The position numbers and the translations under genes are program-made. Source: Octopus bimaculoides (taxonomy: Eukaryota). From it: a DNA stretch of 64,000 bases. The stretch is taken from contig NC_068984.1 in the NCBI RefSeq assembly GCF_001194135.2, positions 64,590,168 through 64,654,167 of the forward strand, in the 5' to 3' direction. Position 1 is the first letter of the stretch. Each line of letters begins with the position of its first letter. Below, piece after piece: positions 51,374-61,700 of this stretch. The notes below the pieces were generated by a model that worked only from the letters and a program-made list of their open reading frames with translations, made no database searches and was not told the DNA's origin.

Positions 51374-51404
51374 NNNNNNNNNNNNNNNNNNNNNNNNNNN
51401 NNNN

Positions 51405-51465
<61 letters not shown>

Positions 51466-51947
51466 TAGAAAGAGAGAGAGAGAGACTATAATGTAAGAAA
51501 CTGAAAATAAAAAGAGCGAGAGACTTATTTATATACTTTAACACTTATTTTATCATACCACCATATGTGAGTGGCATACTTCATTTGCTTACTATTGGAT
51601 GAAGTTTTATATTGATTTCTTTCTCTGACACTTATAGCAATGAAATAGGAATGGCACTGAAGGACAACCGACTTCCTTACTATATTTACTAATGTTTGGT
51701 ACTCAACAAAAGATCCTCTACCTTTTTACCCTAGCGTAACCCTTAAAATAAATTGCATGTCTCAAGGAAACCCTGCACAAACAAAATTATATACCATATT
51801 TTTCTCATATTTTTCATCTGCTCGGTTGGAAAACATTGCTCTACATGATTGCTCAGTCAGCTTCAAACGAAATTCAAATCTCTCTGCAGTCTTAAAAGGA
51901 AAGTTGGAAACCTGTAGCGTAACTAGGTTCTAAGGTTAGGTGGAATG

Positions 51948-52329
51948 TGTTGGCACTCTGTCGCTTACGACGTCGAGGGTTCCAGTTGATCCGATCAACG
52001 GAACAGCCTGCTCGTGAAATTAACGTGCAAGTGGCTGGGCACTCCACAGACACGTGTACCCTTAACATAGTTCTCAGGGATATTCAGCATGATACAGTGT
52101 GACAAGGCTGACCCTTTGAATTACAGGCACAACAGAAACAAGAAGTAAGAGTGAGACAAAGTTGTGGTGAAAGAGTACAGTAGGGTTCGCCACCATCCCC
52201 TGCCAGAGCCTCATGGAGCTTTAGGTGTTTTCGCTCAATAAATACTCACACCGCCCGGTCTGGGAATCGAAACCGTGATCCTATGACTGCGAGTCTGCTG
52301 CCCTAACCACTGGGCCATTGCACCTCCAC
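51948..52329 (-). mobile_element. Full-length tRNA-derived SINE, family C
   Basis: Reverse-complement homolog of 16824-17202 along its whole length. Confidence 0.9.
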
Positions 52330-52424
52330 AGTTATAATGTATATTAGTTATAATATACATAGCTGTATTCTACATTCATTCATTTCATATTTCAGTAACA
52401 ATGTTACTGTTTATGTCTACGAAA

Positions 52425-52555
52425 TCCTCTCACAAGATTTTAGTCAGCCTGAGATGAAGCAGGAGACACTTGCCTATGGTACCAAACAGTGGGACTGAAC
52501 TCAAAACCATGTTGCTGGGGAACAAACTTCTTAACTACACAGCCACCCTTATGCC
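52425..52555 (-). mobile_element. Family A/D SINE head, decayed
   Basis: gagacacttgcctatggtacc...gggactgaactcaaaaccatg...cacagccac matches the revcomp of the head. Confidence 0.65.
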
Positions 52556-52558
52556 TTT

Positions 52559-52746
52559 CATCATCATCATCATCATCATCGTTTAACGTCCGCTTTCCAT
52601 GCTAGCATGGGTTGGACGATTTGACTGAGGACTGGTGAAACCGGATGGCAACACCAGGCTCCAGTCTGATTTGGCAGAGTTTCTACAGCTGGATGCCCTT
52701 CCTAACACCAACCACTCAGAGAGTGTAGTGGGTGCTTTTACGTGTC
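52559..52746 (-). mobile_element. Family B repeat, young copy running into a gap
   Basis: Near-identical reverse complement of 19534-19703. Confidence 0.9.
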
Positions 52747-55393
52747 NNNNNNNNNNNNNNNNNNNNNNNNNNNNNNNNNNNNNNNNNNNNNNNNNNNNNN
52801 NNNNNNNNNNNNNNNNNNNNNNNNNNNNNNNNNNNNNNNNNNNNNNNNNNNNNNNNNNNNNNNNNNNNNNNNNNNNNNNNNNNNNNNNNNNNNNNNNNNN
52901 NNNNNNNNNNNNNNNNNNNNNNNNNNNNNNNNNNNNNNNNNNNNNNNNNNNNNNNNNNNNNNNNNNNNNNNNNNNNNNNNNNNNNNNNNNNNNNNNNNNN
53001 NNNNNNNNNNNNNNNNNNNNNNNNNNNNNNNNNNNNNNNNNNNNNNNNNNNNNNNNNNNNNNNNNNNNNNNNNNNNNNNNNNNNNNNNNNNNNNNNNNNN
53101 NNNNNNNNNNNNNNNNNNNNNNNNNNNNNNNNNNNNNNNNNNNNNNNNNNNNNNNNNNNNNNNNNNNNNNNNNNNNNNNNNNNNNNNNNNNNNNNNNNNN
53201 NNNNNNNNNNNNNNNNNNNNNNNNNNNNNNNNNNNNNNNNNNNNNNNNNNNNNNNNNNNNNNNNNNNNNNNNNNNNNNNNNNNNNNNNNNNNNNNNNNNN
53301 NNNNNNNNNNNNNNNNNNNNNNNNNNNNNNNNNNNNNNNNNNNNNNNNNNNNNNNNNNNNNNNNNNNNNNNNNNNNNNNNNNNNNNNNNNNNNNNNNNNN
53401 NNNNNNNNNNNNNNNNNNNNNNNNNNNNNNNNNNNNNNNNNNNNNNNNNNNNNNNNNNNNNNNNNNNNNNNNNNNNNNNNNNNNNNNNNNNNNNNNNNNN
53501 NNNNNNNNNNNNNNNNNNNNNNNNNNNNNNNNNNNNNNNNNNNNNNNNNNNNNNNNNNNNNNNNNNNNNNNNNNNNNNNNNNNNNNNNNNNNNNNNNNNN
53601 NNNNNNNNNNNNNNNNNNNNNNNNNNNNNNNNNNNNNNNNNNNNNNNNNNNNNNNNNNNNNNNNNNNNNNNNNNNNNNNNNNNNNNNNNNNNNNNNNNNN
53701 NTATATATATATATATATTTAAATATTTATATAAACACACATATATATATATATATATATATATTTAAATATTTATATAAACACACATATATATATATCG
53801 TTTTTATATGTATGTGCGTATATATGTATACATACATATAGAGGGAGAGGGGAAGGGAGAGAAAGAGATTCACACACATAAATAGGGATATTTCTATCAA
53901 GCTATCTGTAAGTATGTATGTAAGTACAAATTTGCATGCATGTATTTATGGTTTACTGTAATATATGAGTGTTGTAAATTATACTGAAATATATTTTACA
54001 TTTTGCAAACACCTACTGATATAGAACTGAAATAACATTTATGAACACACACACACAAAGAATGAATATACTTTTTAACTTTAGTATTCATTGTTCTGGA
54101 CCGGTTGTTATAAATAATAAAACATGAAGATAGAAGCAATCACAGAACAATGTGAATGAATACCTTTTTCACATGATTATATAGTTTGATAAACAGTAAG
54201 AAAACAACATTATATGATTTTTCTGAAGTCATGTAATCTTTCTCTAGTTAGATTCCCATTCAATGCTTAAAGTCTATGCACATTTGTATGCATGCGTATC
54301 TATATGATGCATATACATACATNNNNNNNNNNTATATATATATATATATATATATATGCAATATGTGTAAGCCAGAAGCTATTCTATTTCCTCTTTTTTT
54401 CTTCCCTCTTCCAATTTTTCATTATTCGAATATCATTGATATTCTTGATGAAATGGTGAAATAACAACAAATGCTATCTCTTAATAAACAAAAAAATTCT
54501 AAAGAAAAATCAATTCATTATCCAATTTGCCTTTACTATTGTTGCTACTTTTGTTGCTAATATGCTATTATTATGACAATATCAAATTTTATTTGTGTTG
54601 TTGGTTTTTTAACAACACTTGTTTGAATCATTCTTCCTTCCTTCCTCATTCCCTCCTTCAATCTTCCCTCCTCCTCCCCAACCCTCAACCTTCTCATTCA
54701 GTATAATTCATCATTTCAGTTACAAGTAACATTTTTTTAAAGTTTTATTTATGTTGTTTAATATTTACACATTTCACAGGTTTTGTTTCCATACATAACA
54801 TAGCTTTAGCTTTTCTTTCTATTTTTTTTCTTTTTTTTTGGTACCACTTTTTTGCCAGTTTCTAATCTCTTATTCTAATTTTAATGCAAAGAGAAAGAAA
54901 AGCACAATTACTTCGAGCAAAAAGAATAAGTTTTATTAAATACCAATTTCTTCTGTAACTGCCTCACATCTAAAGTAGATTCCATAGTTAAATGCAAACA
55001 CTGTTATTATTACAATACAGAGACAGATTGCAAGAATTATTAGAGCATCAGACAAAATTCCTCAGGGTATTTGATCAAGCTTTTTACATACTACGTTCGA
55101 AGCTTTCTAAGATCAACCTTGCTTTTCCTCCCTCCAGCATCAATAAAATAAGGTATCAATCAAGAACTAGTGTCAATTTAATAGAGTAACCTTTCTTTAA
55201 ACATTGCGTCCTTGTGTTTATGCCAGAAATGATTATCATTGTTTTGACTGATGAAGTGAGACACTAAATGCCCTGGCAATATTCAGTTATGCCATTTTTA
55301 AGTAAGGATAGACGAAATACCACTAAACATTTCACCCGGTGTGCTAATGGTTCTGCCAACTTGTCCCTTAGTAGTAGTAATAATGATAATAAT

Positions 55394-55604
55394 AATCCTT
55401 TCTACTGTAGGCACAAGGCTGGGAATTGTGGAGGAGGGGCCTGTCAATTAGACTGACCCCAGTACTCAACTGGTACTTAATTAGTCAACCTCAAAAGGAT
55501 GAAAGGCAAAGTTGACCTCGGTAGATTTTGAACTCAGAACGGAGCAACAGGGGAAATACTGCAATGCATTTCATCCAGTGTGCTAACAATTCTGCCAGCT
55601 CACC
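55394..55604 (-). mobile_element. Family F SINE (left member of head-to-head pair)
   Basis: Full-length revcomp homolog of 55639-55859. Confidence 0.85.
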
Positions 55605-55638
55605 ATATTGATAATAATGATAATAATAATGTTGCAAA

Positions 55639-55859
55639 GGCAGCAAGCTGGCAGAAACGTTAGCATGCTGGGTGAAATGCTTAGTGGTATTTCATTAGTC
55701 TTTACATTCTGAGTTCAAATTCCACTAAGGTCAATTTTGCCTTTCATACTTTCGGGGTTGATAAATTAAGTACCAGTTGTGTACTGGGGTCGATCTAATT
55801 GACTGGCCTCCTCTCCAAAATTTTCGGGCCTTGTGCCTAGAGTAGAAAAGAATAATAAT
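55639..55859 (+). mobile_element. Family F SINE, full length (right member of head-to-head pair)
   Basis: Head GGCAGCAAGCTGGCAGAAACGTTAGC...GAGTTCAAATTCC, central GGTCAATTTTGCCTTTCATACTTTCGGGGTTGATAAATTAAGTACCAG, (AAT)n tail. Confidence 0.87.
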
Positions 55860-55970
55860 GTTGCAGAAAAATTACCACCAGAACAGGGTTGTTGCAGAAA
55901 AATTATCACCATAACGGGGCTGTTGCAGAAAATAGCCTTGTTAGGAACAGCAAGGATTTTGAGGAGGAAT
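55859..55970 (+). mobile_element. C-terminal tip of an RLE-type LINE ORF (LQKIALLGTARILRR) with a 31-bp local triplication
   Basis: 55923-55967 encodes LQKIALLGTARILRR, like the conserved LQK.ALLGTARILR terminus of R4/Dong/NeSL-type ORFs. TGTTGCAGAAAA recurs at 55859, 55890 and 55921. Confidence 0.7.
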
Positions 55971-56112
55971 GATCCAAAGAACCTTTGCCCCTTTGATATG
56001 GCTCACTCTTTTGGTATAGTGTCAGTATAATATCTGCCAGAGCAAAAGCATCAATGAAAATATTGATAATGATTACTGTTACTGCAATAATTACTCTTTT
56101 TTTTTTTACATG

Positions 56113-56483
56113 CACTTGAAGGCACGGAGCAGAATATCTCAACATTGGTATAGCTTAAATATTGAAAGCTCTGGTTATAATATCTCCATTTAGTTTTGTT
56201 TCAAGTACCTTCCTAATCCTTCTCTTGTCCTCTTAGGAGATTTTCCCTCACATTCATTTCGTTTTTCCATTATTTCATCATCCTGCAGAACAGTACTTCT
56301 TCTCAATATCTTTCAGTGATCTGATATCATCTTGTAATATCTTTATCTGATCAGATTTAATCTTTTGACCTCTCTCCATAATTACTACTGCATACTCATT
56401 CACTCAAAATTGTAGTTATTCATCCCAAATGCCATGCCACTATATTTGCGAAATATCTTTACCATTACAATAAGAGAATCAAG
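56113..56483 (-). mobile_element. R4/Dong-like (RLE-type) non-LTR retrotransposon RT fragment, decayed
   Basis: Minus-strand frames give LDSLIVMVKIFRKYSGMAFGM..YAVVIMERGQKIKSDQI and RIRKVLETKLNGDIITRAFNI*AIPMLRYSA. These match the RT C-terminal/thumb motifs (..FG..KCA.L.MKRG.. ; R.RK.L..KLNG.N.I.AIN.WA.P..RYSA) of R4/Dong-like elements. Confidence 0.75.
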
Positions 56484-57376
56484 ATAAAATTTTATTTCAG
56501 ATATAGTTTTAGGTCAAAGATATATATAACAGATTATTTATGTATTCCCTCCCTGTTCTTAACAAACTTGTAAGCAGGTCTAGATTTTCTCAGCATGTTA
56601 GTCAAAGAATGAATGCAATTATGATAAACAAAGCAATGACTTCTTAGTTCTCCCTAAATCTTATGTTGGTTCCAGAAATTCCTTGTAGGGAAAATTTATT
56701 TTACTTTCTTTTAAGACAAGGGATATATTGAAATGGAAAATGTCAACAGTATCAAACAGCCTAAGTACCAGTAATATATGTGTATGGATTCTTTCAATCC
56801 AATTGATTGAACCTGGTTCCTACAAAAATTAATCTTAGGCCTGTTTTAAAGATATCCATTACTATCATTGTTGTTGTAGTTGTGCGTGTGTGTATACATA
56901 TATATATAAACACACACACATACACACTTATTGGTGCCCCAGCATGGCTGAAACTGATGATACACACACACATATATATATACAAATATGTGCATATGTA
57001 TGTTTATATATATATATACATGCATATATATACAGATATACACATTTGCACATACACACACACTGAATTTATTTGTCTTTTTTTTTAGTAATATTGAATG
57101 GAAAGGAAAACATAAAGATTGTTTTTAGTCTCTAAGATATTCAATTTAATTAGGTTTGCTATGGAGAAAATACACTTGAGAATAACCAGTTTGTTATGTT
57201 AAAAAGTTTCTCTCAGAAGTATCTCTACTCTTAATTCAATTAGCTTCTCTCGGAATAGCTTATAGTCACATTCTGCTTGAAATGTCATCAATTCAAGCAC
57301 CAAATAAATGAAATATCTAAGTCTTTTGATTAATAGCTAAACCCATCCTTTCTATCTGTTTCTCTCAATCACTCAC

Positions 57377-57455
<79 letters not shown>

Positions 57456-60400
57456 TATACACACATACACATACACACATATACACACATACACATACAC
57501 ACACATACACATACACACACGCATGCACACACTCTTTCACTCACACTATTAGTTTATATTTTGTTACATTGTTATATCTTTTGTCAACACCATCCATTGC
57601 AAGAACAAATTGAATGATTCCTGATATATTTCAGCATATATATGACTGTTTCAAGATCAATATCTTTCATTTTCTCATAGCTGGATATGTTAGATATTTT
57701 ACTTCGACACCTCTTGTCCTATTCCTAAAAATAGGACTCTTATGGTAATGACAAGAAGGTTACCAATTAGCAATTTAATTTAATCTGAATCATACAAGCA
57801 TTTTGAAAATATCTGTTTTGATAAACAATTACTTCATAATAATAACATTAAGTGGTTAACAGTAACTTCCTATCTTTTTTATATCTATGTGGTAGAAATT
57901 CAGAGACAACAGATGGCTAAATCAACAGGAACAGCAGATAAACCAGTTAAATATTTCAGTTTTGCCTTCAACATTTAATCTGGCTATATCCAGCCCAAAT
58001 ATGCTACCTGTTTTAACCAGCCAGATCCAGCCTATCATGCATATCATTCAATGCCATGCTAAAAATGCCATCTTAGAGTTTCCCTTCTACTAACATGGAA
58101 AATGTTATGGAAGCAGCTTTGTTTTTTTTTTTAACCACTCAGTATGTCATCTATTACTAAAACTTTTGAACTTCAATGAGGCAATAAGGAAGTCTCTACA
58201 TCGTTTCTTGACCTGTAAGTCATGGTTGAGGCACCTTTTATCATAAATCTGATCAATCACAACTCATGTGGAGCTAAATCTCAGCAAATGAACTTAAATC
58301 TTATTGCATAATGGAATATGGTACAGGTAGGTTAAAATATTTAAACTTTGGATACCAAGCTGCCTGACACTACCCTTAGTCTTGTGATACAAACTCCTTG
58401 CTTTAAAAGGATTTAAATTTAAAACCTTCTATCTAAACTTCATGTTAATTTTCCAAGTGTCAGTTTAATAATGATAGTTATTTTACTAAATTCTTCATTA
58501 CTTTCAAAACTTATGGAAACAGGAAATTGGTAAGGAAAGGATTGATATTCTCTGTTTAGGAATAAAAGTTCTAACTTCAAAATGTAGCCTGAAAAATATA
58601 GTGTGCACATCAGGAGAAGACAGATTAGAAAACACATTAGTTTTCATGAAGAAATTTCTAATCTAAATTTTTATTCATATTTGCAAGAAGGATGGTGATT
58701 GATTGAATATTAATAATTATTTTTAACATAAACACAGGACTATATGATTCAGGAGAGGTGCTAGTCAGTTATATTTTAGCTCTACATCTGACTGTTACTT
58801 TATTTTATCACCCTGAAATGGTGGAAGATAAAGTGAAACTCAACAGAATCTGGACTCAGAATAAAAAGAGATGTAACTAATTACAACAAGACAAGCTACA
58901 ACCCTTCAGTCAATCCAAACTGAAAATATTGAACGTATTTTCTTTGAATTGTTTGTAGGTGTTGTGTGTATAGTTGTCTGAGTATTAAGATTTATATGTA
59001 GGCATGTAATCTTGTTTTATTTTTTGTTGAGTCTTAAACATAATGGCGAGGTATGTTTCAGTATGTATACTTACAAAAATCTGATTGCTATATTTAGTTC
59101 TATAAAGTAATATAGCCCATGGGGAGAAGAAAGTGTAATACAACTATATAATATATATATATAACATTGATCTTCATGAAGTCTACAACTTCGAAGGCTG
59201 CATTGATTAATATACTTAAATGGAAGTCTTAAGATTTGAGTTTTTCTTAAGAGAATACCATTTCAAGAGTGAAGTTACAAAACTTATTCAGCTCAGAAGT
59301 TGTGCTTTAAGTGTGCTTTTGTAACAAATGAAATACTAATTTTCTCTAGCCAGAAGACATATGAATTAAAGAAGAATGAAGAAGGAAACCATAATATTAG
59401 GTTCACTAAGAATGGATACTTTATTTTTGCTTTCATGCAGTAACTGGAGGACAATATGTCTGATTCTAATCAATATTACAACCAATCCTATAAGGAATAT
59501 TGTAAGGTTAATGGGGAGTGGGGTTTGCAGCTTGAAAACTGGCTGTGCAATTGATGAGATTTTTCGTTGACAGATTTCTTATCGAGTCAATGGTTAGTAC
59601 ATTCTAGAAACATTCTAGAATGAGCTAAGATTAGCAGAATTTTAATAACCTTAAGCACATAGTGCTTGGTCAGGCAGAATCAGAAATAAAAATACACATA
59701 TACACATACAAAAACAAAAGACAGCTATAACAAACTCACAAACAACTATTGGTAATAAGTGGAATCTGCTAGATAACCTAATTTCAAGAGACATAAGCAA
59801 AGGAAAATATTTCTTTTGTCTTCTTTATTTTCAAACCAAAAATGAAACTTAATAAACTATTACTATTTAATTCTTCCTATATGAGAGAGAGAGACAGACA
59901 GACGGACAATGGGAGAGAAACAAATAGACAAACAAAGAGAGAAAAACAGAGACACAAAGCAAAAGAGAGAGAGAGACAGAGAGAAAATAATTTTAAACAA
60001 AGAGAAGTGGAAAATCCATTAATGGAAAATTAATTACACTGAATAAATCTTATAAATAGTAAATATCTTGCAATGGCACTGAATTTTTGAATACAAGAAT
60101 TATCTTTACAGGAAATTACATTGCCTAATTTCATTTATAAATTTATTGAATTTTATTTATAGGACATGAAAATAAAATCTTTACAACATACAATTAAATT
60201 TATTTTGTAATTGCCATTTTTCAGCTATATGCCATTGATTATTTTTGATATTTTATTTTACAAAAAAAAAACCCCCAAAAAACAAAAAATAAAACCAACA
60301 AATAAATGAATAAATATAAAAGCAAAAATCACAAACAAAAGAAAAAAAATGCTTAAATCTCTTAAACCTACCATGTCAGAATCTAACTCAGTTATCTGAT

Positions 60401-60797
60401 TTTGAAGTTTCATTTATGAACTAATATACTTCATTTGGAACAGGAGGATAAGAAACACGAAAGAATGAAAGATAGAAAACAGGAATGGAGATAACTTGGA
60501 CTTATTTTTTCTTCCACGGTGATAACAATGTGAAATGTGATGAACATATTTACAAAACAAAGCAGGATAGATTTTTCAAATAAATCTACACTTAGCGCAG
60601 AGAAACAATGGTAATTTAGACGAAATAATAGATAAGACAAAGAACTGGAATAATAGCAAATGTTTATGAGTTTCTTTTGTTGGCCAAAGCACTCGATAGA
60701 ATAGCAGTACTGTAACTGCAGAAAATAGAATCAACTGATTCCGATAGGTGTAGTCTCTTCTTAAAAAAGTCAATTCATTTGCTAAAGGAACTTTACG

Positions 60798-60955
60798 GTC
60801 ATCATCATCGTCATTTAATGTCCGTTTTCTATGCTGGCATGGGTTGGACAGTTTAACTGAAAACTGGTAAACTGGGGAGCTGCACCAGGTTCCAATCTGA
60901 TTTGGCATGGTTTCTACAGCTGGATGCCCTCCCTAATGCCATCCACTCCAAGAGT
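60798..60955 (-). mobile_element. Family B repeat 3' part
   Basis: catcatcgtcatttaatgtccg..ctatgctggcatgggttggac...ctacagctggatgccctccctaa. Confidence 0.8.
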
Positions 60956-61029
60956 TAAAAGAGGAAGAGCAGGGTGTCCGTTTTAGAAATAAAAATATAT
61001 GACAGTTATAAAATGAATATCAGTAATGA

Positions 61030-61700
61030 TAACACAAGGCCATCAATTATAGGAGAAGGAGACAGTTGATTACATCAACCCTAGTACTCAATTGGTATTT
61101 AATTTACCAACTCCGAAAGAACACAAGACAAAGTCAACATCAGTGGAATTTGAACTCTAAATTGTGAAGAGCGGGAAAAAACACTGCTAAGCATTTTGTC
61201 CAGCATGCTAGCAATTCTGCCAGTTTTTACCTTAATGATAATAATCCTTTATATTATAGGCACAAAGCCTGAAATTATGTGGAAGGGAACTAGTCAATTA
61301 CATCGACCCTGCCAGTGCTCAACCAGTGCTTATTTTATTGACCCTGAAAGGATGAAAGGCAGAGTTGACCTCGGTGGAATTGGAACTCAGAATGTAGGGA
61401 CAGACAACATGCCGCTAAGCATTTTGCCCAGTGCACTAACGATTCTGCCAGCTCAGTAATAGTTTCCCTTAAAGATAATAATAATCCTTTCAGCTATAGG
61501 CTCAAGGCCTGAAGTTTTGAGTGAGGGGGAGAACCAAATTACATTGACCCCAGTGCATCACTGGTACATATTTGATTGACTCTGAAAGGATGAAAGGCTA
61601 AGTCCATTTCAAAGGAATTTGAACTACTAATATAAAGAGCTGGAAGGAAATGCTGCTAAGCATTTTGTCCAGCATGTGCTAACAATTCTGCCAGCTTCCT
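61030..61700 (-). mobile_element. Three tandem family F SINEs (about 61030-61223, 61240-61455, 61478-61699)
   Basis: Each copy shows ..caaggcc..ccccagt..ctggta..gaaaggatgaaagg..ggaatttgaactc..aattctgccag, separated by short (AAT)n tracts. Confidence 0.85.

Larger units (their letters stand above)
888..54331. other. Assembly gaps (N runs): 888-954, 1990-2205, 16165-16528, 39619-40403, 41349-41586, 44686-44977, 48903-49847, 50737-50746, 51374-51404, 52747-53701, 54323-54331
   Basis: Read directly. Most abut (TA)n, (TG)n or (GA)n tracts, as expected for a short-read assembly. Additional exons could be hidden in them. Confidence 0.97.

Noticed and set aside
39408-53841. Long ORFs (290-385 aa) in the ORF track around 39.4-40.6, 48.8-49.9 and 52.6-53.8 kb
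   Set aside because: They consist of X from N-gaps plus YI/CV/HT dipeptides from microsatellites; they are not genes.
59598-59623. TTCTAGAA x2 as a heat-shock element
   Set aside because: Spacing between the two units is 3 nt, out of nGAAn register. It is explained by an 11-bp tandem duplication.
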